NCBI GenBank assembly: GCA_002011125.2
Contig: MTMF02000008.1
Span: forward strand, 32,001 to 96,000
Length of the DNA stretch: 64,000 nucleotides
Source: Candidatus Hydrothermarchaeum profundi
GTDB taxonomy: Archaea; Hydrothermarchaeota; Hydrothermarchaeia; Hydrothermarchaeales; Hydrothermarchaeaceae
Reading direction: 5' to 3'
Position 1 is the first letter of the stretch, and each line of letters begins with the position of its first letter. A model generated the notes under the pieces. It saw nothing but the letters and a program-made list of their open reading frames with translations. It did not search any database and had not been told where the DNA came from. The position numbers and the translations under genes are program-made. This document shows, piece after piece, positions 9,300-18,088 of the stretch.

Positions 9300-10253
9300 A
9301 TGAATCGCAAGGGTATTTTAGCTTTTGGAGTCGTCTTTCTTATATCATTAACTTTAACATTTTTAAATATCAAAATTGCAAATTCTCAGGGAATTATACT
9401 TGAAGCTAAATATGTCGAGCATATCTCTATCGATAATATTAATGATCCAGTCTGGGATGAAGCAGTGCCTGTAATAGTGCCTCTTAGTGCTCAGTCGAGA
9501 ATAACAGCTCCGCGGGGAGGTGGAGCAATTAAATCCCTAACTGCTAGAGCACTTCATGATGGAGAGGCGATATATCTTAAACTCACTTGGAAAGATGATA
9601 CTGAAGATGTAAGCTTTTTGAGACAAGAAGATTTCAGAGATTCTGTCGCGGTTCAATTTCCAGTGAAATTAGATAATGGAAAGTTACCTTCTGTGTGTAT
9701 GGGACAACTTGGAGCAGCTGGCAACATATGGCATTGGAAGGCAGATTGGAACGAGGAATACTTAAATGGGTTCAAAGATATTGATAATGTGTATCCAAAT
9801 ATGATGGTGAATTTTTATCCAAGAGAAGAAGAGGAGATATTCTATCCTGCAAAATCTGTCGGAAATCTTTATTCTGTAGATAAACGGACAACCCCTGTTG
9901 AAAATCTAATTTCTACTGAATACGGTACAATAACTCCCTCAGCTGAACAGAATGTAATAGGAAAGGGAGAGTGGAAAAATGGAGAATGGACTGTTGTTAT
10001 GAGTCGATCCTTTACGACACCTTACGAAAGCGATGCACAATTTGGAGTGGGAAAGAGAACAGCTATCTCCTTTGCAGCATGGGACGGCTCTGCTGGGGAA
10101 AGAGATGGCTTGAAGTCTACGTCTACATGGATAGACCTTGAGATATCTGAACCCCTACCACAAAAATCTCCTTTGGATACGATAGTCGTATTTACACTAT
10201 TTGCAGCGATTGTGATTTTTGTTGTATTTATAATAATTAGAACTGTTACATGA
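9300..10253 (+). CDS. nxrC: Heme-b gamma subunit (EbdC/NxrC-like DOMON domain) with C-terminal membrane anchor
   Basis: FRDSVAVQFP, CMGQ (Met ligand), IWHWKA, FAAWDGSAGERDGLK (Lys ligand); N-terminal signal/TM and C-terminal TM. Confidence 0.82.
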   Translation: MNRKGILAFGVVFLISLTLTFLNIKIANSQGIILEAKYVEHISIDNINDPVWDEAVPVIVPLSAQSRITAPRGGGAIKSLTARALHDGEAIYLKLTWKDDTEDVSFLRQEDFRDSVAVQFPVKLDNGKLPSVCMGQLGAAGNIWHWKADWNEEYLNGFKDIDNVYPNMMVNFYPREEEEIFYPAKSVGNLYSVDKRTTPVENLISTEYGTITPSAEQNVIGKGEWKNGEWTVVMSRSFTTPYESDAQFGVGKRTAISFAAWDGSAGERDGLKSTSTWIDLEISEPLPQKSPLDTIVVFTLFAAIVIFVVFIIIRTVT

Positions 10254-10262
10254 GGAAGGAAC

Positions 10263-10505
10263 ATGGTTGATGAAAAAAGTGTAGCTGAAATTTTACATAA
10301 GGAGTTCTCAGGGATAGTGGATGAAGATAAGATAAATAAAATTGCTAAGCAAATTGTTGAGTTAGAAGAAGAATGGGAAGAACTTAAGATAGTTGATAAA
10401 GAAATGGGCTGGCGGTTTTCAGTTCAATGCCCAGATATATGTTATCTTGGAGAAAAAGCTAAGGAGGGTGATGTGTTTAAAATTTTAAGAAAAAAGAGAA
10501 AGTAA
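10263..10505 (+). CDS. Small hypothetical protein with CxxxC
   Basis: SD GAGGAAGGA, CPDIC motif, in operon. Confidence 0.6.
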   Translation: MVDEKSVAEILHKEFSGIVDEDKINKIAKQIVELEEEWEELKIVDKEMGWRFSVQCPDICYLGEKAKEGDVFKILRKKRK

Positions 10506-10547
10506 AATATTCTCCTCTTATTTCAAAGGTAGGAACTCTGCAGGGGT

Positions 10548-11315
10548 GTGATAAAGATATATTTAAGCCGTTCATGTGTTACATTATTTATTGTTGGCAT
10601 TGTTATTAGTGCCATATTTGGGTATTCTGTAAGTTATAGTGAGGTCTCTTCTATAAAACAAGAGATGGAAAAAGTGAAAGCTGAAAATAGAGAACTCGAA
10701 GCAAGGATACAGGCCGGATTCAGAGTTTTTTCGGAGTTAGAGAGAATGTCGTATACCCTCAGCCAGATAAGAGTGGCTCTTTTATTGGGTGACTATGAAG
10801 TAGCTACTTTTAGGGCTAATCAATTTAAGGAATCTGCGACAGGACTTTCTAAATATTTAAAACCTGAATATACTACTACCCTGGAGGAGCTAGTAGATGG
10901 GTTAATTGTTGCTATAGAGGAGGGAAATGAAGAAGCAATTGAGGAGAGATCTAGAGCTCTCTTTCTCCTAGTGCAAATATTAGAGTCAGAATTTGGTGTT
11001 AGAGAAGACGTAGAGTTAATAGGGGAGATAGATATCAAGAATAATATGAGAAGGATGAATCATGAACTTGCTAGAATACTCTCTGCTTTGGATGAGGATA
11101 ACTATAACATGACAAAAGAGGCGTTTAATGATTTCAAAAAAATATATATGGCTTTATCTGAAACAACTCCTGAAGCATGGGATCCTTATTTTAGAACTGA
11201 TATTGTATTTGAAATTGAAAAAAGCATTATAGAAAAAGACAAAAATAATTCATTAGAAGCTCTTAATAAACTTTCAGAAAAGAGTTGTGATAAGTGTCAT
11301 ACAAAATATCGTTGA
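10548..11315 (+). CDS. Membrane-anchored helical monoheme cytochrome c (class II/c'-like)
   Basis: N-terminal TM, predominantly helical, single C-terminal CDKCHTKYR. Confidence 0.75.
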   Translation: MIKIYLSRSCVTLFIVGIVISAIFGYSVSYSEVSSIKQEMEKVKAENRELEARIQAGFRVFSELERMSYTLSQIRVALLLGDYEVATFRANQFKESATGLSKYLKPEYTTTLEELVDGLIVAIEEGNEEAIEERSRALFLLVQILESEFGVREDVELIGEIDIKNNMRRMNHELARILSALDEDNYNMTKEAFNDFKKIYMALSETTPEAWDPYFRTDIVFEIEKSIIEKDKNNSLEALNKLSEKSCDKCHTKYR

Positions 11316-11344
11316 CTCATATTCCTTGGCATAAATGATAAAAA

Positions 11345-11908
11345 GTGATGGAAATTAAGGCGACAGAGCAATTAAAAGAAGAACATAAGGTTATTAAACT
11401 GATGTTGCAGGTTTTAATAAAGATTTGTGAAAAACTAGAGTCGGGTGAAAAGGTTCCTATAGAACACCTTAATAAAATAGTGGATTTTATTAGAACATTT
11501 GCGGATAAATGTCATCATGGAAAGGAAGAAGACCTCCTTTTTCCGGCAATGGAAAAATCCGGCGTGCCTAGAGAGGAGGGTCCGATTGGCGTAATGTTGG
11601 CGGAGCATGATAATGGGCGGAAATATGTTAAGAATATGGATGAGGCTATTTCTAGATATGGGAGAGGGGATAATACTGCGATACCTGACATAATAGCGAA
11701 TGCAGAGGGATACATCAATCTTCTAGCTCAGCACATTGAGAAGGAAGACAATATACTTTACAAATTAGCAGATATGCATCTCCCCATGGAGAGGCAGGAA
11801 GAATTACTCAAAGAATTCGAAAAAATTGAGCGGGAAAGAATTGGTATTGGGAAGCATGAGGAATTTCACGAATTAATACATCAATTAAGGGATATATACT
11901 TACAATAA
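11345..11908 (+). CDS. Hemerythrin/HHE-domain protein
   Basis: EEH, CHHGKEEDLLFP, GPIGVMLAEH, HIEKEDNILY. Confidence 0.9.
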   Translation: MMEIKATEQLKEEHKVIKLMLQVLIKICEKLESGEKVPIEHLNKIVDFIRTFADKCHHGKEEDLLFPAMEKSGVPREEGPIGVMLAEHDNGRKYVKNMDEAISRYGRGDNTAIPDIIANAEGYINLLAQHIEKEDNILYKLADMHLPMERQEELLKEFEKIERERIGIGKHEEFHELIHQLRDIYLQ

Positions 11909-11956
11909 CTTTTAAGATTATATTTTAAGTAGTTAATAATATGTATTATCACCGAC

Positions 11957-12298
11957 ATGTCGGTTAACACACACAAAGGAATCGAGTTGGGCATGCTTCA
12001 AATGCAGATTTTATGGCTTTTATGGCGGGAGCCCACTCATGGTTATGAGTTAATGAAAAGACTTGATAAAATAAAGAATAGCAAAGTAGAGCAGGGGACT
12101 CTTTATCCAGCGCTTCAAAAATTGGAAGAGAATAATCTTATAAGAGTTAAAAGGGTAGGGGAGCGGGGTAAAAAGATATACGAACTCACTAGCAGGGGGG
12201 AGGAGATTATGATAAAAACATGTGAAGAATTCTCAAAAACTTTTTCGGGGATTTTTAGTGATTTTGTATGTAAAACATGTAAAACAGAGGTGAGATAA
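11957..12298 (+). CDS. PadR-family transcriptional regulator with Cys-rich C-terminus
   Basis: HGYELMK, GTLYPALQKLE, KKIYELTSRG; C-terminal TCEEF...CKTC. Confidence 0.88.
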   Translation: MSVNTHKGIELGMLQMQILWLLWREPTHGYELMKRLDKIKNSKVEQGTLYPALQKLEENNLIRVKRVGERGKKIYELTSRGEEIMIKTCEEFSKTFSGIFSDFVCKTCKTEVR

Positions 12299-13503
12299 TG
12301 AGGAGAGTGTATATGGATCATGCGGCGACTACACCTGTAGACCCCCGAGTTATGGAAGCAATGAAACCTTTTTTCTCAGAGAAATATGGTAACCCGTCTT
12401 CACTTTATAGTTTTGCTCAGGAAGCAAAAAAAGCGATGGAGGAGGCGAGAGAAAAGATAGCTGACCTAATTAACTCATCTTCCTCTGAAGTTATATTCAC
12501 ATCCGGTGGCACAGAGTCGGACAACTTGGCTATAAAAGGGGTTGCTTTTGCTAACAAGAAAAAGGGTAAACATATAATAACTTCATCTATAGAGCATCAC
12601 GCAGTGCTCCATCCATGTGAGTGGCTTGAAAAAATGGGTTTTGAGGTAACATATTTACCAGTTGACAATAAAGGCTTTGTTTCTGTAGATAAGTTGGAAG
12701 AGGAGATTCGCAACGATACGATCTTAATTTCAATTATGCATGCTAATAATGAAATCGGAACTATTGAACCTATAGAAGAGATAGGGAAAATAGCGAAGGA
12801 AAGAGGCATATACTTCCATACCGATGCAGTTCAAACTGTAGGAAAAATACCTGTAGACGTAGAAAAAATGAATGTAGATTTATTGACTATCTCAGGTCAT
12901 AAAATGTATGGACCAAAAGGGGTTGGGGCTCTTTATGTTCGCAAAGGCACAAAAATAACTCCTTTAATACACGGAGGGGGCCATGAACGGAATCTTAGAT
13001 CAGGTACTGAGAATGTTTCTGGTATAGTAGGATTCGGAAAGGCGGCAGAACTCGCTGCTCGAGAAATGGATAAAGAAGCAAAGAGGCTGGTAAAGCTGAG
13101 GGATAGGTTAATTGAGGGCGCCTTAAAGATCGAGAACTCTTGGTTAAATGGACCAAGGAAAAGAAGGTTGCCGAATAATGTTAACATAGGCTTTAAATTC
13201 ATAGAAGGTGAATCTTTAATTTTAGAACTCGACTTTAGCGGCATTTACGCCAATACTGGAAGTGCTTGTTCCTCAAAGTCTCTTAAACCAAGCCATGTTC
13301 TAACTGCTATTGGGTTAAGACCCGAGGAAACCCACGGGTCACTACGATTTACTCTTGGTAAACAAAATTCAGATGAAGATGTGGACTATGTATTAGAAGT
13401 ACTGCCTAATGTAGTTGAGAGATTAAGAAGAATATCCCCGTTTAAAAAAGATTTTGGGGAATATGAGGAGGCTTTAGCAAAGGAACAGTCTCATAAACAC
13501 TAG
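12298..13503 (+). CDS. iscS: Cysteine desulfurase IscS/NifS
   Basis: YMDHAATTP, FTSGGTESDN, SGHKMYGPKG, TGSACSS. Confidence 0.95.
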   Translation: MRRVYMDHAATTPVDPRVMEAMKPFFSEKYGNPSSLYSFAQEAKKAMEEAREKIADLINSSSSEVIFTSGGTESDNLAIKGVAFANKKKGKHIITSSIEHHAVLHPCEWLEKMGFEVTYLPVDNKGFVSVDKLEEEIRNDTILISIMHANNEIGTIEPIEEIGKIAKERGIYFHTDAVQTVGKIPVDVEKMNVDLLTISGHKMYGPKGVGALYVRKGTKITPLIHGGGHERNLRSGTENVSGIVGFGKAAELAAREMDKEAKRLVKLRDRLIEGALKIENSWLNGPRKRRLPNNVNIGFKFIEGESLILELDFSGIYANTGSACSSKSLKPSHVLTAIGLRPEETHGSLRFTLGKQNSDEDVDYVLEVLPNVVERLRRISPFKKDFGEYEEALAKEQSHKH

Positions 13504-13513
13504 GAGGAAACAT

Positions 13514-13909
13514 ATGTATAGCGACAAGTTAATAGACCATTTTCGAAATCCTAGGAACATGGGTAGAATGGAAAACCCTGATGGTATTGGAAAGGTAGGA
13601 AACCCCGTATGTGGGGATGTAATGTATCTATATATTAAGATAAAGGACAATAAGATAGACGATATCAAATTCGAGACCTTCGGATGTGCAGCGGCTATAG
13701 GTACAAGTAGTGTAATAACAGAGATGGCTAAAGGGAAAACCTTGGACGAGGCTTTAAAGATAACTAAAAAAGATGTAGTTGATGCGGTTGGAGGATTACC
13801 ACCTATCAAGATGCATTGTTCGGTATTAGCTGCTGATGCTTTACGTGCGGCAATTGAAGATTATCGTAAGAAAAAAGGTAGTGGGAATGATAAGCCAAAA
13901 GATAGTTAA
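13514..13909 (+). CDS. iscU: Fe-S scaffold IscU/NifU
   Basis: GNPVCGD, FGCAAA, LPPIKMHCS. Confidence 0.95.
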   Translation: MYSDKLIDHFRNPRNMGRMENPDGIGKVGNPVCGDVMYLYIKIKDNKIDDIKFETFGCAAAIGTSSVITEMAKGKTLDEALKITKKDVVDAVGGLPPIKMHCSVLAADALRAAIEDYRKKKGSGNDKPKDS

Positions 13910-14261
13910 AATTCTAAAAAATCCAAAGCATATGGGAAAAATAGAAAGCCCAGATGGGGTTGGGAAAGTGACTCTTGGTGAACCTCATTGTGAGGATGAG
14001 GTATGGTTTTATATTAAAGTAAAGGATGATAAGATAGTGGACGCAAAATTCGAAGCATTTGCATGTGCGCCAGCTTTAGTTACAAGTAATATCGCGGCAG
14101 AGCTTGCTTTAGGCAAAACAATAGGCGAAGCTAAAAAACTTAGTAAGATGGATGTGTCGTCCTACTTAGGAGGGATTCCTCAGATAGAGAGAAAATGTGC
14201 CGACTTAGGAACTGATGCGCTTAAAGCTGCTATTAACGATTATCTTAAAAGAGGACAGTAA
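13887..14261 (+). CDS. Second, divergent IscU-like scaffold
   Basis: HCEDE, FACAPA, IPQIERKC; ATG 13887 likely. Confidence 0.8.
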   Translation: MISQKIVKILKNPKHMGKIESPDGVGKVTLGEPHCEDEVWFYIKVKDDKIVDAKFEAFACAPALVTSNIAAELALGKTIGEAKKLSKMDVSSYLGGIPQIERKCADLGTDALKAAINDYLKRGQ

Positions 14262-14467
14262 GATATAGGTCTTTAACTCCATAATTTTTGAAAATCTTAA
14301 AAGTGATCGACGGACGAAGTCAGGTTTAGGCATATTATTTAGTTGTTTTTGATATTTTATTTTGTATGAATACCTAGTTTATTATTTTCTCGGTTTTCTG
14401 TAACCGGAAGCTATAAATGAGTACGAAATTAGTTTAATGCACTTAATTAATTAAATTGGTGAAATAA

Positions 14468-14674
14468 ATGAATATGTCTCCAAGCCCTCGGCGAGAACCT
14501 ACAACTACGATAACGGTCAGCGTTACAACTGCTGAGAAAATCCGAAAGTTAGTTGGTGAGATGCAATTAAGGACAGGTAAAAGTGTAACCCAAAGGATGG
14601 TCATTGAAGCAGCTTTGGAGGCATATATTGAAAAATTAAGGGAGGATAAAAAAGATGATGTTTGGAAACTTTAG
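14468..14674 (+). CDS. Small ribbon-helix-helix-like DNA-binding protein
   Basis: TTTITVS strand followed by two helices (TQRMVIEAALEAY); SD GGTGA. Confidence 0.55.
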   Translation: MNMSPSPRREPTTTITVSVTTAEKIRKLVGEMQLRTGKSVTQRMVIEAALEAYIEKLREDKKDDVWKL

Positions 14675-15011
14675 TTTTTGGAATTTGTTCCACCGTACCC
14701 CTAATTCACCTGAATTTGAGAGGTGGCATGAGGGGTCTTTAGGTGTTTGGGATATAAGTAGAATGCCTTCTAGAGATCTCGAAACTCTAAGCCGAACTTT
14801 AAATTATAAGCTGAAGGAGAAGCGATCAGAGTTTAAAAAGCTGGCAAAAAAAGCTAACATAAAAATAGACGAGAACGCAATTCACAGAGAAATCCAGGAA
14901 ATATTAGATATGGATTCCGAATCCTTAGACGCTTTACAGAGGGAATTAGAAAGAAAATTAAGGAAAAAAAGAGCCGAATTTAACCAACTTGTAGGGGGAT
15001 ATTGGGGGTAA
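14655..15011 (+). CDS. Hypothetical protein with internal helical duplication
   Basis: MPSRDLETLSRTLNYKLKEKRSEF / MDSESLDALQRELERKLRKKRAEF; SD GGAGG. Confidence 0.55.
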   Translation: MMFGNFSFWNLFHRTPNSPEFERWHEGSLGVWDISRMPSRDLETLSRTLNYKLKEKRSEFKKLAKKANIKIDENAIHREIQEILDMDSESLDALQRELERKLRKKRAEFNQLVGGYWG

Positions 15012-15016
15012 GTTTT

Positions 15017-15511
15017 TTATATCTCCTTAATCCCCATTTTCGACTTTACCAAGACTTTTCCATTTTCCGTGAAAAAAGTTACTGATCTTCCATAGTCTCC
15101 TCCGATATCAGTTGCTATTATCTTGATTCCTTCATTTTTAAGCGCTTTTGTAACTGCGTTAGTATTTCTTACTCCAATATCAAATATCGGGTCGTTTGTT
15201 CCGTTATTATAGAACATCGTAGCGCCTCCTGCAATCTTTGCTACAATTCTTCTTTTCAAAGCTCCTTGTTCTATCATTTCATCAAGTGTAACACCGATTG
15301 CAGTATCAGCGAACTTTGATGGTTTGAATTTTTTCGTCTTTGATATAGAACTATCCGGTAACATAACATGAATTAAACCCCCTAATTTAATGGCTGAGTC
15401 ATAAAGACACACACCAACACAAGATCCTAGGCCAATAGCTGTAAGTATACGTGGGCAAGATGCTACTTTATAATCTCCAATTCCAACTGTTTCAATTAAT
15501 GATGTGGACAT
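15017..15511 (-). CDS. cheD: Chemoreceptor glutamine deamidase CheD
   Basis: GLGSCVGVCLYD, HVMLP, KIAGGA, IGVRN, DIGGDYGR. Confidence 0.93.
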   Translation of the reverse strand: MSTSLIETVGIGDYKVASCPRILTAIGLGSCVGVCLYDSAIKLGGLIHVMLPDSSISKTKKFKPSKFADTAIGVTLDEMIEQGALKRRIVAKIAGGATMFYNNGTNDPIFDIGVRNTNAVTKALKNEGIKIIATDIGGDYGRSVTFFTENGKVLVKSKMGIKEI

Positions 15512-15599
15512 CTACTCCTCTTCTCTATTAATATATTAAGAGATTTTGAAATTTTTATGTATAAGGGAAATAATCTATATACGAGTATATATTAAAGCT

Positions 15600-16215
15600 T
15601 CAATCTCCTTCCATACCGAGCGCTTTTAATATTTCAGAAAATGCCTCTGAATCGAAGAAAGCGATAAAGTTACCCATAGCAGATTTTGATTCCATTATGA
15701 ACTCAGTTTCAATAACAAGAGCGTTTTCGACTCTTTGTGCCAAGTCCACCTGTAGTACTTCAATTATCGCACCGGCCATGTCATAAGTGATGTGTGGTAT
15801 GGAAGGTAAGAGATTCATACCCGTAAATGTGCTTAATGCAGTTAAATAAGAGCTAGCCAAAATATTTCCTAATTCCTGCAGTGCTGATTTTTTTTCTTCG
15901 GTAATAAAGTCAGGGTCGTTTTCTTTTCCAAGTAGGGTATTCGATAAAAACAGTGCTTGTTCCTTAGAAAAAGTAATTAAAAGGTTTCCATTAATATTGC
16001 CCAATATTTTAAAATAAGCGCCCACTATGATATCTTCTGGGTCACCTATCAATTTCGATAGTTCTTCTATAGGAGCTACATAGGCTCTAGGTACACGTAT
16101 TTTAACGTTCTTCATTACCATCTGAGAAAGAGCACTAGAAGCATTGCCAGCTCCAATATTCCCTACTTCTCTAAGAGCATCTAACTGTTTTTCGCTCAAC
16201 TCCTCTATCTTCAAT
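15600..16215 (-). CDS. cheC: CheY-P phosphatase CheC
   Basis: DALREVGNIGAGNA and SALQELGNILAS repeats; TTG 16215 start likely. Confidence 0.92.
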
Positions 16216-18078
16216 TTATTCCACCTCGCTTGTAAGGGAAGCCGTATCAATTATCAGGGCCACTCTTCCATCCCCTAAGATTGTGGCTCCCGAGAAACCT
16301 TTTGTTTCACTGAACATTTCTCCTAATGACTTAATAACTATATCTTGCTGTGATATTAGTTCATCAACGATAAGACCCGCTTTCTTATCTCCTTTCTCCA
16401 CTACTACCACCGAATAACTGTCTTTAGATTCCTTCTCAGTATATTTTTCAAGCTTAGTTAAAGGAATCACTTCGTCGTAGATCTTTATTACCGGCCGATT
16501 TCTTATTGTCTTAACGTCACTTTTCTTAACACTAACTATTCTGTCTACATTAAGTAAGGGTATTGCATAGATTTCTCCATTTATTCCAACTAATAAAGCC
16601 TGTATTATAGCCATAGTTAAGGGTAGCTTCAATATGACTCTAGTTCCAACATCAACGGTTGACTGTATTTCTACGCTTCCTCCTATTCTCTCGATTTTTG
16701 CCTTAACTACATCCATTCCAACTCCTCTGCCAGAAATATCCGTCACCTTCTCGGCTGTACTAAACCCCGGCCTGAAAAGTAGGTTAAGAGCTTCTTTTTC
16801 ATCTAATTTAGAAGCCTCTTCTTCAGTAATTATTTTCTTTTTTACCGCTGATTCTTTAACTTTATCTATGTTTATTCCCTTGCCATCGTCCTCAACGTAG
16901 ATTTCTACATGGTCTTTCTCTCTAACCGCTTTTACCTTGAGCTTTCCAGTTCTACTTTTTCCTTTTTTCTCTCTTGTATCAGGGTCCTCGATACCATGAT
17001 CTATTGCATTTCTAATAAGGTGAATCATTGGCTCGTCAATTTCATCTAGAATTGTTCTATCAACTTCAATCTCTTTCCCCTCAATTTCGAAGTCTACTTC
17101 TTTTCCTCTTTTTCGTGCTATATCCCTAACTGTCCTAGGGAACCTATTGAAAATCTTTTCCATAGGAACCATTCTCAATTGCATCACTTCATACTGTAAA
17201 TCTCCAAGGAGCCGATCATATATTGCTATAGGGCCCTCTAGTTCTTTTAAATTGTATTTCCTTACTACTTCTTTTATAGTTGCTTTATTGATGATTAATT
17301 CTCCTACGAGATTTACCATCGTATCAAGACGTTCAATATTAACTCTTAAACTCTGGGTAGCTACTTTGGCTTTGGGCGTGGCACCTTTCGCTGATATAGT
17401 TTCTTTTTTAACTAATTCTTCCTCTGTTAAAACTTCAACTTTTGATACTTCAGGCGTAGTTTCAATAATTTTGGCTATTTTTTCTTTCTCTGCGTCAGTG
17501 GATAGCGATATCCTCATTTCAAATCCAGAATTCTCGCTCTCGAATTCATCGATTCTTGGTTTTATATCTAGAACTTCTCCCACTTTTTTCAAATTATTGA
17601 CAACAATAAATGCTCTAACAGACTTTAACTGACATTTCTCGCTTAAATGAACGATTACTCTGTATTTTTTTAATGGTTTTTTCTCTGTAGACGATTTAGT
17701 ACCTCCCCTGTACCCTTCTAACTTTTCTATTACAGATGAGATATCAATATCCACTTCTCCCCCAGAGGAAATTTTATCGAGAAATTCTTCAAGGAGATCT
17801 AATCCCTCAAATAGAATATCCACAATATCCGATCTGGCCTCTATTTTCCTTTTGCGTATTTCATCTAGAAGGTCTTCTATCTTATGGGTTAATATCTGTA
17901 TTTTTTCAAAACCCATCGTAGCAGCCATACCTTTCAAGGTATGCATAGAGCGAAAGATCTCATTAATAACCTCTATATTCGAAGGGTTTTCCTCCAGAGC
18001 TACGATGTGATTATTTAGGTTATCTAGATGCTCACGAGATTCATTAATAAAGAGGTCCAGATACTCCTCATTCACCAT
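16216..18078 (-). CDS. cheA: Chemotaxis histidine kinase CheA
   Basis: FRSMHTLKG (P1), P2, HLIRNAIDHGIE, GFST...SGRGVGMDVV, CheW domain. Confidence 0.96.
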   Translation of the reverse strand: MVNEEYLDLFINESREHLDNLNNHIVALEENPSNIEVINEIFRSMHTLKGMAATMGFEKIQILTHKIEDLLDEIRKRKIEARSDIVDILFEGLDLLEEFLDKISSGGEVDIDISSVIEKLEGYRGGTKSSTEKKPLKKYRVIVHLSEKCQLKSVRAFIVVNNLKKVGEVLDIKPRIDEFESENSGFEMRISLSTDAEKEKIAKIIETTPEVSKVEVLTEEELVKKETISAKGATPKAKVATQSLRVNIERLDTMVNLVGELIINKATIKEVVRKYNLKELEGPIAIYDRLLGDLQYEVMQLRMVPMEKIFNRFPRTVRDIARKRGKEVDFEIEGKEIEVDRTILDEIDEPMIHLIRNAIDHGIEDPDTREKKGKSRTGKLKVKAVREKDHVEIYVEDDGKGINIDKVKESAVKKKIITEEEASKLDEKEALNLLFRPGFSTAEKVTDISGRGVGMDVVKAKIERIGGSVEIQSTVDVGTRVILKLPLTMAIIQALLVGINGEIYAIPLLNVDRIVSVKKSDVKTIRNRPVIKIYDEVIPLTKLEKYTEKESKDSYSVVVVEKGDKKAGLIVDELISQQDIVIKSLGEMFSETKGFSGATILGDGRVALIIDTASLTSEVE

Positions 18079-18088
18079 CTTTCTGGCC

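Noticed and set aside
14443-14454. TTAATTAATTAA palindrome, also at 40579-40590
   Set aside because: Low-complexity sequence in AT-rich intergenic DNA; chance occurrence is plausible.
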